Positions 12,187-23,884 of a DNA stretch of 63,617 nucleotides are shown here, piece after piece. The notes below the pieces were generated by a model, which was not told the origin of the DNA, did not search any database, and saw only the letters and a program-made list of their open reading frames with translations. Each line of letters starts with the position of its first letter. The stretch's first letter is position 1. Source of the stretch: Piedraia hortae CBS 480.64 (Eukaryota); contig MU006004.1 in NCBI GenBank assembly GCA_010093745.1, positions 62,001 to 125,617 on the forward strand. The letters run 5' to 3'. The translations under genes and the position numbers were made by a program.

Positions 12187-12471
12187 GGGGGGGAGGGGCG
12201 AGGGCTAACTGATTATAGGGCGGAGTATGTGTTAAATGCGTATAGCGTGCAGGTACGGAATCTGGTTAGCAAGGATGCGTTGTTCGCAGCGAGTGGAGTT
12301 GCGGGGGGGACGACGGGATTGCTTAATTCTATTCTCGTGCCGGAACTGGCGTGTTCGTTGATTGGGGAGGATTTGGGAGTAACTGCGGATAGGGCGGTTA
12401 GGGTGTTGGAGGAGAGTAGGGAGTTGGGGGAGTTGATTCATCCTGAGGTGGGGGATGATATTGCTGTTTAG
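11011..12471 (+). CDS. RTC4: RTC4-like domain protein; intron 12126-12218
   Basis: 'CPICG', 'QQRFCRFHK', 'W..RSYPTIDF', 'GYYGPKGQRIM', 'LVPELACSLIGEDL' and 'ESRELGELI' match the fungal RTC4 domain pattern. Confidence 0.8.
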
Positions 12472-12732
12472 ACTGTGCCAAGGCATAGAGAGATATTCTA
12501 CCTTCTCCGGGAATGTGTGCAGTGGGGATATATGCTATCGTACATCTCACCCATCGACAAGTCTCCGAACTCGTTCATACATATCCCTCCCCCCCCCCTC
12601 CCCACCCCCCTCCCGCCATCAGAATAGAGTAGAGTAGAGAATCCCTCCTCATCTCTCTATGTCGACAATAGTAACCCCTCCCCCCACCATTCAACCAGTA
12701 AACCCCCCTCTCCCAATCCCCCATGCCATAGT

Positions 12733-13041
12733 CTAAACAACCAAATCTTCCCGTCTCTTCAATCCCCTAACCGTCCTCCCCACCTCCTGTTCCACCTCAC
12801 GGAGGGTCTTATACCCCCCCAACTTAATCTCCAATTTTTCCCCATCCTTAAACCCCAAAAGAAGGGTACTCTCCTCCCTCCACGCCCTTCCCATAACTTT
12901 TACGTTCAAATCCACCGTCCCGCGCGCAGAAGCTGGTAGGGTTGAGATGAACAGTCGTGCTAACTGACCGGAGTGTGTGCTCGGAGAAATAACAGTGGTG
13001 AGGGAGGTGAGGTAGCGCGTTAGAGGAATTGGTTGGCGCAT
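12733..13041 (-). CDS. MRPL44: Mitochondrial ribosomal protein mL53 (MrpL44)
   Basis: Small basic protein with 'TRYLTSLTTVISP', 'LARLFIS', 'FKDGEKL' and 'R..RGLKRREDL'. Confidence 0.72.
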   Translation of the reverse strand: MRQPIPLTRYLTSLTTVISPSTHSGQLARLFISTLPASARGTVDLNVKVMGRAWREESTLLLGFKDGEKLEIKLGGYKTLREVEQEVGRTVRGLKRREDLVV

Positions 13042-13786
13042 TGTAGGAGGGAAGGATGCTTCGCGCAAGGACGAAGGTAAAGGGTTTGGGGCGGGTCAAT
13101 GGCCGGTGCTGTGGGTGGAGTGTAAACTGTGTTGCGGGTGGAGTCACTGGCGCTGTTGAGGTCGCTATAAGTTTGAAATTGCTGGTGCTGTCGAAATCGG
13201 AGTCGGAATCGCTGTAGCTGCTTCTGTCTAAGTTGCTGGTGCTCGCTGTCGCTGACTGTGCTGGTTGATGTGAGGTCGGACGGGAAGAACCGGAGCTAGA
13301 CCTAATGGGGATGGCCTAATGACATAGATTCATCTAACGCAAAGAAGGGGAATGATTTCAGACTCATCATTAGCGGAACAGACTGCGTCTGTTTTTCATC
13401 AAACTTCTTTCGTGGGCAAGGCCCAGCGTATTTACGTGAGGCATATCGTGAGATTAGATCCATTAGTTAGCGTGCCTCATCCAGTCTAGCGCCCGCTCTA
13501 GCCAAGCACAATATTCAACCTACGAGCGGGCGCTAGGCCTATCAGGCGTGCAAATTAAAAGACCTCAAAGCTAGTTGGAACAGACTAATGCAAAATTTTC
13601 AATGAAAATACATACAATATCTCTAAATGGCCAAGCTCTCTTCTTTCGCAACAAGTTTGACAGTATTTTCATTTCGGGATCTCGAACGAAATCTTGAATG
13701 ATTGTAGGACCATAATTGACATGGTAGTTACTCGGTGATATGCGTGGTGATTATTGTTCGTGGCCATAACATCCCGAGCCACACAG

Positions 13787-14056
13787 TTATCGGAATGAGG
13801 AGGGATCTACTCACATCACTTCGATATTGGTGAATGGTGACGCAGTCAACAGTGTGTGTGATACCTCACTATGGAATGCGTCTGAGGTCTAGAGAAGGCT
13901 TGCACCGCGAGACTGCTCTAGACTCTCTTCCCGACCCAAACCGCATTCGCCGTGCCAACGTCCTTTGACGTAACCATGCTTCCAGGGGAAACATCCTCCA
14001 TGAGGTAAAAACTCTGGAGAGTCCGGTGCCCTATCTACCAAAAGCAGGCGTCTGAC
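13787..14056. repeat. Dispersed ~270 bp repeat, copy 1 (same orientation as 41496-41763)
   Basis: Aligns by eye through blocks such as 'gatctactcacatc', 'gcagtcaacagtgtgtgtgata', 'caacgtcctttgacgtaacca' and 'ctggagagtccggtgccct'. Confidence 0.93.
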
Positions 14057-14879
14057 AGCAGTCGACCCGAGGTTACGCTACCAACCCCGCATCATATCTC
14101 CAGCATATCCTCGATATATGACGAGCATATGATCACCAAAGGGATATCACTATCATATGTTGTCCAAATTCCACGTGATATGATGAAGGTATCGCCGTGA
14201 GAAAATGAAAGTCATCGCCGTTGAGCATGAGATGAGGGCTGGCTAGAGGGTGCAGACTCCATTCAAGCATTATGGCAATGTGAAAAGCTATAATCTGCGG
14301 GAAAATGCACTAATACGACCCAGTTCAGGATATGATCGCCATATGCGGTCTAAACACCACGCGATATGATAAACACATCACTATGGAAAAGCAAATCAAA
14401 TTAATGTTGCGTATGAAAGGATGCTTAGCCAAAGGTTGCTCATTCGATTCACATATCATGGCTTCCAAAGAAACCTTTGTTGAGACGATTCACCGAAAAA
14501 GCCCAGTTCAATAGTCGCATTGCATGGCGTTGCCACCGTCATGCAGTCCATGCGCGGCCTCTATACTCGAGGTCGGCGCAGTTAATATACCCAGGCTGAC
14601 CGAAGAGTGGAGGGCCGAATTATCACGTTTGCATCCTTGACACAGCCCAAGTAATTTAGATAGCAATCATGACAGCTTGAGTGTGCGTTGAAAACCATAG
14701 GCTAAGGAATCGCATCATTCGGTACCATCTAAAGAATCTAGCCGTACATTTATTAACAACATAACGCGTCGATGCAACATCAAGCACGTGCCTCCAACAG
14801 CCATCGGTCATCTTCTCTCCTTCAGCTACTTATGCAGCCTGTCCCCCGGTCTTTCCACATCCATCTTTGCAAGGATGCT

Positions 14880-17650
14880 GAATGTTCAAAACTTTCTACG
14901 GCCCGTCCAGCATATTATATCTTGCTTTCCCGTTGTGGCGACCAAGTCCAGGCCTTCCCTTACTGCAAGCAGTTCGATGCTAGACTGAGGAACCGCCAGC
15001 GGGAGTATGTCCACCAAAGCACAGTTTGCTCTGGGAATAGATTGTCGCACGAATGCATTTATTTGATTAAACTTACCGGACTCTGGATCTTTCATGAAGG
15101 GGCCAATCTGGCAGCTGGAGCGGCCGAGTAGGCGAGAAAAGGCACCGTAGAGCCCCGGCGGGAATCCATATGCTTCCAATGTACCAATGGTAGCTGCTGG
15201 CAGACGACTGACCGACAAGCATAGACTCCCGTATTCATGAGCTTTGTCCAACGAGAATCCCATCTCTTCGCGATTGTTGGGATCTTTGATAAAATATGTT
15301 AGGGCACTGCCTGTTCATGTCATCTCGGTGTCTGCCAGGCAGAATAAACGTCCGCCCGCGTTGAATCGTACACTTTCCCCCAACGAGTACTCGTTGAGCG
15401 AATCGTGTGACAAGGCGTGCCGATTGGTGTGCAAAACCAATCCTCGCAGATATTCGTTAGGAGATTCTTGTGCCTGCACGCTGGCACCGATTATCGGGCC
15501 GAATCTTCTCTGCATCCTTGCAGTTTTTCGCTTGGTTGCATAGATGGAGAGCAGTGCTTGGAGGAGGAGGAGTTGCATCAGGCTTCTGTAGTTTCCTCAG
15601 TTAAACGACTCGCTTCAGTAAGCTATTTGCTTCGCACTCATGAAGCCATCAAACCCGTCGCGGTTCATCCTGGCAAAGCGCACAGCAAGGTGATTCCTGA
15701 GACCCCGAAGGGCGATATCATCCTTGGTGTTCATCCACATATATCCGATAAATTCGAGCATGGCTCCGTGCAGAATATCAAAGGGCATATCCAGATGTAG
15801 ATTGAACCCCACCCCCTCCCCCCCAGGCTGAACAACCCGGTAAGGGGCCACCTCATAGCAAGTGGGCCTGGTTATCCTAGGCGTTTGGTTTGCTGAGGTG
15901 TTTTAACCGTCTTTGCACAAATGAGGCCTCGCCAATGCTTAATTTGGCTCCGCTTGTGCAGACATATTCGGCAGGAAAATTTGCTGCCCCACATGTGTGT
16001 GCAAATGGTGGATGCCGCAGGATTATCCGCGGCAATCATTACCAGGCCTCCACAAATTGCCTGGTGGCGGTTTTTCCTTGGGTTGAAAGCAGAGATTCCG
16101 GGTTGCAACCGGACCAAATCTCTTTTCACGGTTTCGACCACGGTCACCGACTTCATCTTTTGGCCAGTTGCTTTTGTAATGGATGTTTGATAGATGATTA
16201 TTTTCCTACGCAAACTTGGTCAGTGCCATGCATGTCAGGAGGCATTGCAACTGGTTGTCTACCTTTTGAGACTTGCCTGTCAGGCAGACTGTCCACACAT
16301 CTAACGGGTCAAAATTCTTGCCCTTCTTTCGAGCCCACCGCGCCATTCCATATACTGATATTCATTTGTACCAGCTCAGCGCCAGTTGTTTTTACGTATT
16401 GTCTGGAGGGATGCGGCTGGCCTAAGAACTCCTGGAAGCTTGGATCGAGCGGGCTACCGTCATCGGAAGTGAAAGCAAAATTTGCCTTGTCACTATGCCC
16501 TGCGATATCGGCTTCCGTGAAGAAGAGAACAGATTCTTCATCCAAAATGGGCGTCCCTTCTGCCGAGCGAACCTGGAGCGTGGGCCAGCCACGAGTCTGG
16601 CTGTAGTCTGATGAGCTCAGTGGAATGGCCCTTGCCACACGCTTCTCTACCCCTTCAAGAATCTGCGCCTCGCAGTCCCAAAACATACCCAGCTGGATCA
16701 AGCTGTTACCGCGTGAGATTTCGAGGATAACCCCCAGCCATGCATTCATGGAATTACTCTGGATTGTGAATACTTCCAGCTGTCGTTAGAGCTGGCGTTC
16801 CCATCTCCATTTGGCATCATGCTATAGCTCATTGAAACGCCCGGAAATCGGCTTTGCTGGATCCGGCCGAATTATTTCTGGCCTTTGGATGGCATGAGTA
16901 TCGGGGTTGCTAGCTTCCATGAACACTACAACCATCAAGCTTTGAGTATAAAACAGCTTCCATTCTGAGTTGGCGTGCCGCTTAACCTTGGCTTGCGCAA
17001 AGGCTTTTCTAGACGCTCTCTGTTTTTTCAGGGAAGGGACTTCAACCTAGCCTGGAGATTACGCTCCAGCTGTAACACTCGACGTAGTAGAAAGAGGAGG
17101 CGAGACATTTTAGTGTAGCTAATAGGAAACTTATGAGAGTGGTAATGAATGCTGAAATTAGAGTGCATGAGTCTCCAACTCCAATGGATACCAGCTATGG
17201 GCAGGATCCGTCAAAAAAAAAAAACGCAGGAGGACGAGTAGCGATTCCGTCGAGGACAAGAGTTCTGGCATTATCGGCTCATTACTTTCTTCTCCTTCCC
17301 CCCTTCCTCTTCCACCTTTAGTAAACTTTATCCATTGCTATCAAACAAGAATGGGTCAGAGCCAGAGGGCTGGATCATGCTGTCAGCCTGACCGAATTCG
17401 AGATCATCCTGAGGGAGGCCCTGTGTAATCGCAAATGACGGTACCATCGCCGTCTCCATTTCATTTTGAAGCAGTGCTTCATCCCTTGCTTCCTTTCTCA
17501 ATCGCTTCGTCGTGGCAGTTTCCGCGTTCTTCCGTGCTTTCTCCCTATCCCGATCTTCCCAGTTCGTCGTTTCCTCAAGCAAGTCCTCACCATCTATTTC
17601 ACGTTTTCGCTTCGTGTTTGGCTGATTCGATATGAGTAACTGCATTTTTG
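14880..17650 (-). mobile_element. Degenerate fungal CACTA/EnSpm- or Plavaka-like transposase
   Basis: Collinear fragments separated by stops and frameshifts: 'IAADNPAASTICTHMWGSKFSCRIC', 'GFNLHLDMPFDILHGAMLEFIGYMW' and 'KFNQINAFVRQS'. They resemble the DNP..S..C.H.G...CR.C / D.P.EILH..LLG..KY.W / FES.N...R transposase motifs. Confidence 0.7.
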
Positions 17651-18126
17651 GGAGTAAAGGGCTTATTTGCTCGTCCTGGGGGTCAGATGGGACAAAATGA
17701 TGGCACCTTAGCTAGCTAAAGATGGAAACAGTTTGCTGGAGCTTAGAAAATGTGTTGAATATCTTGCAGGGCTCTGGGAGACGAGTGAAAAGTGGTAATC
17801 TATAGTGACTCACACCCCTAAAGTCCTATAACTCCATCAAAAGTGTCGAAATAGGAAGTCGAGGAATGCTTTTTAAGATATAGCCTTCTATAAACCGCTC
17901 TCCTCGTTTTGCCAGGTAACAAGGGGTAATTCATTACAGTGCATACGCTCTGGTTTGGAATAGAGGTCAAGGAAACATGTTTAGCGCGTCACGGATTTCT
18001 TCCGTTTGTAATTATGACTACATCAATGACCGTATTACACGAAAGTGCGGTTCGAAACGATGATCTGCCTTAGGGGGCTCAGGAGGTCCAATTCGACCAT
18101 CGTCCCTCTTCCGCTCACCTTCTGAT

Positions 18127-19650
18127 ATGAACACACGACCATCTGCGAAGCGCAAAGCCCCGCAAGCAACTAGCGCATCACCGGAAGAAAGGGCTCGTCC
18201 CCAGAAGGTGAGCAGTAGAGTTACAAAGAGGGGAAAGTCAATTAAGAGTACCGGCAAGGCGGTACCGAAAGCTGCGAAGAGACCTCAAACTTCCGAGAAA
18301 GCCCGAACAATTCCATCTTCAACGAAAGAGCGCAGCTGGGACCTTGACTTTGATACCGGACTAGGCAGCTAAGAAGATATCTGGCGTAGGAAGAATAAGA
18401 AGCCTACACCGAAACCCGACACCTCAGACGATGAAGATGAGCAGGAGGAAGATGACTCGGAAATTGACTCTGAAGAGGAGCAGGACCATGAACAGAAAGA
18501 GAGTCAAGGAAGCGAGTCTGAAGAGGGAAATTTTACGAAGTAAGGTTTCCCGCCGAAGAACGAGGGACGATCACTGTCTGGAATTTCTCCTCCAACAACA
18601 GACAGGTCTAAAGTTTTCAGCAATGCTAGAGTGCGGCCTATGATGCCATCACCAGACGACCCTCAGGAGGTGCAGGGTTTTTTTTCGCGCTCTTTGAGAA
18701 CCACCCAGATGCCATGCAGCCAGCGTTCTGTCCCTTCAGGGAACCGCGGTGAGCCAGTCTCCCAGGGACATCTCGCCCAACGTCGTCAACTCGCCCTCAG
18801 GGGCAAGAGGCTCGCCCGACGGCCTACGTCCTCGCGCAGCTAGCGCGACCGTTGCCGCCCACCACGGTCGTAGACTTTACAGCTAGAGTCAAGGCGATCG
18901 ATGGGTCAGACCGACGCGCCATTATCAAGCTTTTGCAGGTGAACTCTAGAACACAGTCTACATATATCAGCTGACTACTCCCTTAGGAGACGGCATATAT
19001 ACAGCGTGCCGTCCTGTTCCGGAAGCTGCAGGATATTAGGGCCTCCTAAGGTCCCTGCAGTCTCGGATGGACGAGAAGGATGAGGACGCTAAGAAAAGCC
19101 GCCAGGCTGCCGCGCTGGGCAAAGTAAGTCGACATGACCTCAGTCAATCAGTGACTTGCTAATCCACCTATAGTTTGGTGGGAAAAAGATGAGGGAGGTG
19201 CTCTACTGGAGACAGTATGACCCTACCATCTGGGAAAGCCCGGAGTCGATGGCGGTATGCAACCCTCACCAGTTTGCAATGGGACGGGGAAGGGTAACTG
19301 TCTCGCAGCAAATGCTTGTGAACGAAAACGTCCTGAAGCCGGACCCGTCGCCGCATACGATCAGTCAAGCGGGCCACAAACGTTCTGGCGTGTTTCACGT
19401 CCTTAAACGCCGCTTGGCAAAGCTCCCGCCAAACAGCTGCCTTTGGCACTTGGTCTAGCTGTTGAACCCTCCGGGGAAAGTCTCCGCGCCCCGCTGCCCG
19501 ATCGCGATGGCAGAGGCAGCCGCTACATGGGTATGTTCTTCACTGCCGGTTTAAAAGTTGTCCCAAGTTTCAGAGCAATGAGAGGTTGACAACGGTCAGC
19601 TGGAGTCTGATTTATTCTTTGATAACACGCACAACGCGTACAGTTCGTTG
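18127..19650 (+). pseudogene. Decayed intron-containing gene with a basic N-terminus and an acidic tract; possible accessory ORF of the adjacent transposon
   Basis: The frame continues past the TAA at 18370 into 'DTSDDEDEQEEDDSEIDSEEE'. Intron-like segments occur near 18939-18986, 19124-19173 and 19531-19599. Confidence 0.45.
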
Positions 19651-20503
19651 ACAGATGAACAGAAATAGGTCTTGCTACCACTATGAGCTGTTACTTACAT
19701 GTGTCAAGAAAAAGCATCCTACGGACAGATGTCGCGACATTTGGGTGGTGGACCCGACGGATCGCTCTGAAAGCGTGTTACTGGGTAGTGGCAGCTCAGT
19801 GATTAACGCAAACGAGGCTATGGTCTTTAAAATTGATTATTTAGGCTAAATAGTAGCATATTCTTGGTTTCACAAACAGCATCGTAAGGACCAGGAATTT
19901 GATTGATTGATCATATCCTTGCAATATACTGTGCATCTAATAATGATAGCATGCGCGACACAATTGGTACATGCTCAAGATGATGTCAATTAGATAACAG
20001 GCAGCTCCCTTGCGAGCTAAACTGCATTGTGATCGGGATATAATTCCGGTGTATTGCCCCGGTTCCAGTGCAATAAATCACCGAATCTCCCACGAGTGCG
20101 AACAGATGCAATGGCAGTGCAGTTGCTCCATGACTTCCAATCGCTTAAGGAAGAAAAGGAATTCTCTCTCTTTGCGACAGATCAACGCTTTCCCTTGTTG
20201 AGGTATATCAACCGCCTTAAACCAAGAAGAAATATAAAACCATTCAAGATTCAAAGACGCAACAGACCAAACACACCATTTTGACTTTAGACAATTCAAG
20301 CACATTCAACGAGGTCGACCAAAGTCAACCTATGCATCCCCAAAGGACCTTAACGCGCAGAAGCTTTTCACAATTCTACGTACTCGCTGTCGAAACACTT
20401 TGCCAAAAGTTGAAGCCATCCATAGGGATACCCGTATATGCACCGATTCACTCTTGGTATTATTATTCTCTGGGCCACTGATCAACTGAACCTCCTTTGT
20501 CCC

Positions 20504-20768
20504 GATCTATCCATTAAAGTATTCCATCAGCCTACACCCTCTCCCACGAGCACTGCTAAAAATCGGAAATCGCGCCCAAAGCGGGAATCCCACATATCTC
20601 TATCGCTCTCACAACATCCTTGGTGTCAGTCCTCCTCTTCACGGGGGGAGTTCATGCGGCTACGCCGTCACATTGGTAACAAGGGGGTTCGACGCCCTCA
20701 TCGTGCACCTCCTTGACAACTGCATAGGCAAGTCCCACAAAATACGGCTTCGGGGTGTGTCAGGGATC
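20504..20768 (-). pseudogene. Fossil 3' fragment paralogous to the tmpA-like gene
   Basis: Encodes 'TKDVVRAIEICGIPALGAISDF*' versus 'TKDVVKAMEMRGITAFGAIFDS*'. DNA similarity to 22191-22417 includes the 3' UTR. Confidence 0.85.
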
Positions 20769-22246
20769 CATCTGTTATATCTTTGACATGTAGCCTTTCT
20801 GTGAAATTATGAGCAAAAAGTGGTTGGTTGCATTTACAATGGGAGGCGACGTCACTTGAAAACTACCCAGTGTCACGTTCAAAGGGGTTTGCATGAGCCT
20901 AGCGCTAACCACTTGCGCTAAGAGGTCACCACTTATTTCTGCAGTCTCCTCAATTGGTGGAATTTATCCGATACCCATTCAAGCCCAGATGCCCAGGTAT
21001 CTGAAAAAAGACTCAAAGCTACAACTCGGCGACAAGACAAAAAAAGATGATGTAACGGCTGTGCGCCAAAAGTATAGCGAATTGTTTCGATTTGATTTGG
21101 TTTGGTTCGGTTTGGTTTGATTTTATATTAACAACCAATAGTTTGGACAACCTTTCGAAGAAAGTATAATCAATCGTTATTACTTGAAGCATACCTTTCC
21201 CCGCCCCCGCCTCATCCCGCGCCATTCTTTCATTGCATCGGAGGTACCGAAGAAAGTCCAAGGCGACCATCAGGAGTGCGGCGATGCATTCCAGTGTGCT
21301 TATAACAGCTTGTCACATATGTAGTGATGATGCCCATCAATGATAAGCGTTTTTCCATCGAGATAACGAACATTCGTTCTCAGATATCGTTATGCATTCT
21401 CACGCAATCTTAAAGGTATCCATGAAAAGTGCCGAATTGTTCGGGGATTTCGCTTCGGTAGATGGGTTTACATTAGTAGGTAGCACGCGGGACAGGCTCT
21501 CGCTTTCGGTTGCTTCTTAGTTTCTCTCCTTCAGCTATGCGTTCACTTCTGTCATCTACCCAGCTCACAAAGCCGAAGCGTCCGTTGTTCCGTTGAGCTT
21601 AATAAATGTAACCACCAGCAGCCTAGCCATGTTTCCACTGTGGGTGTAGGAAGTGGAAGTTGTCGCCGTCGCCGACTCTTGTGATGTAATTGTAGAGGCT
21701 AAGGTAGCGGCAGGTGTCAGAATTGAGATGGTCGGTTAAGTGAACTCTGGACCTTGAACCCAATGAGACAGTAAAATCAAACAACTGAACCAAATACCCC
21801 ATCCACGAAAACTCTGGAGAAAGGTAAATGTGAGAAGATAAACCCTCTCGTATAATATACAGGCAGGTCGCATCTGCGAGCTGAGATAGAGGCCGATGCT
21901 TCTCAGGGATTTTACCTCCGTAGGAGGAAGTTTTCCCCGGGACGAGACACGGTGCCGTTCATGCTCTGTGCGTGCTCGGTGATGTGGTCTCGGTGAATGC
22001 AGCTAGATCTAGGTTAGCGTGAGGTGAGTTCCGCACTTCTCTTCATCACATCATCTCAACACATACAGACACACACATAGTCACAAATATATGACAGTGC
22101 ACAATCTTTTTGGTCGAAAATAATTCGCCGCCGCTGGCCCAAGCACTGGAAAGGCATCAAAATGAGAATTGAGAAAGGAAAGTGAGAATGGATCTATTCA
22201 TCAAGGTACTTTATCAACCTACACACTCTACCACCAGCACAGACAG

Positions 22247-23884
22247 CTACGAGTCAAAGATCGCGCCAAAAGCAGTAATTCCACGCATTTCCATCGCCTT
22301 CACAACATCTTTCGTGACATGGGGATTTGAGATAACAACCACGCCCTCGGCATGCGATTCTTTTAAAAGTGCGTATGTAAGCCCCACGAAATCTGGCTTT
22401 GGGGTGCGACGGGTATCAATGATGATTGCGTTATTATCCGCGCGGTGGACGCGGTCAATCATGCCTGGAAATGTTTCCATAGGCGTGCGAGCTGACCAAA
22501 GAACGCGCATGTTGTGGTCAGGGAAACAGTTCAGGAAGGACAGACAGGGTCCGATTCCTGAGCCGGTGGTAACGACCACAACGGGGGAGAGAGTCGAGGT
22601 CAAACGCATAACGCCGATAGTGGGCGCGCCGCGACGCCAGATGTGACTTGGCGGATTTTGGATCATGGCGCGCGTCCAGTCGCCTGCGTTGCTGACAATA
22701 ACAGAGTATCCATTTTCGGTTTCAGACGTGCCGGGGATGCTGGCAAATGCATGAGTTTCCTTTAGGGGGTTATGGCTCAGGCGAATGCCGCGACAAGTTG
22801 TCATTTGTCGGTCCGTGAACTTGAGTTCAGTCGCGTGATTTGAAAGGGGTATAGTCTCCAGGGGAATTTTACGGAGATAGAGCCATGGGTATATTATGCA
22901 GCATGTAATTGTTGAGAGAAACCAGAAAGTTGGTGTCTCGATCAACATCAAGCCAACATTTTGACCCTTGTGGCGGCCTGCAACGATGGAGGAGATGATT
23001 ATTTGCGCCCAGAAGGCGCCGACAGCCGTCCAACCGCCGAAACGATGAAGCAACTCCCAAGAGTTGTGGTAGCGATTGCGCAAGTATGGATGAGAACTTA
23101 CTGCAATGCAGAGGAGCAATACCGTAACGGATGCGATTAATGACAGCATAGCTGCCTTTTCAGCAACCGTCCCGTCAAAGTCTCGGACAACGAGAACAAG
23201 GTAGAAAATATACCATCCAATGGCGCCGATCCCAGCGGAGGAATGGATCCCACCATAGTGGAATGCAATTTTCGCCACGGACCGCCGGACCACCAAGGGA
23301 AACCAGCGTGGCTGCAGAAGCGCAAGCCGAAAAAGATTATTGATTATGTGCTCGTGCCGCATGAGGACACTGACCAAGATATTGGCGCCTGCGGCTGTAG
23401 CTGCCTTGTCGTAGCTGAAAGTACCTGGGTGGCTAACGGTACGCACGATCATGGCTGAGATGACTGAAGCATTGGCGCTGATGACAACGGCCATCAGGCG
23501 GCGGTAGACTGTCCACACATGAAACCGCTGATGAAGGTACCATTCGGGTCCCTTGGCAGCCGGCATGGGATACGTCGTCAGCAGGTATCTGAGAGCGGCA
23601 GCAGTTGCAAATCCGTCCGCGTCGGTGGTATCCTTTCTGGCATCGTTTCGCTCTGCACGGTAGCGATCGTCGGCAGTCGAGTACGAGGGGGTTCTCGACA
23701 CAGTGGTTGGGATCGAGTCCGGGCCCTTGATGGAGGAGTCAGAAGACCCATTCTGGCCAGTCGTCTTGTGTGTCTTGGACGATGAGGACGATGACTCTGG
23801 TGGAAGATACACCGGGGCTGGTGGAAGCAGAGCTGTGGTGGAAGAAGCCAGGCCGGAATCTAGGCCGGACATATGGTCACCCAT
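22247..23884 (-). CDS. tmpA: TmpA-like integral membrane flavoprotein/oxidoreductase
   Basis: Six-TM region ('HYGGIHSSAG', 'HNSWELLHRFGGW'), 'ETHAFA', 'VSNAGDWT', NAD(P)-binding 'VTTGSGIGPCLS' and terminal 'GAIFDS'. Confidence 0.85.
   Translation of the reverse strand: MGDHMSGLDSGLASSTTALLPPAPVYLPPESSSSSSKTHKTTGQNGSSDSSIKGPDSIPTTVSRTPSYSTADDRYRAERNDARKDTTDADGFATAAALRYLLTTYPMPAAKGPEWYLHQRFHVWTVYRRLMAVVISANASVISAMIVRTVSHPGTFSYDKAATAAGANILVSVLMRHEHIINNLFRLALLQPRWFPLVVRRSVAKIAFHYGGIHSSAGIGAIGWYIFYLVLVVRDFDGTVAEKAAMLSLIASVTVLLLCIAVSSHPYLRNRYHNSWELLHRFGGWTAVGAFWAQIIISSIVAGRHKGQNVGLMLIETPTFWFLSTITCCIIYPWLYLRKIPLETIPLSNHATELKFTDRQMTTCRGIRLSHNPLKETHAFASIPGTSETENGYSVIVSNAGDWTRAMIQNPPSHIWRRGAPTIGVMRLTSTLSPVVVVTTGSGIGPCLSFLNCFPDHNMRVLWSARTPMETFPGMIDRVHRADNNAIIIDTRRTPKPDFVGLTYALLKESHAEGVVVISNPHVTKDVVKAMEMRGITAFGAIFDS

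Noticed and set aside
21086..21124. (tttgg/tttga)n pentamer run
   Set aside because: An ordinary microsatellite, not telomeric TTAGGG.
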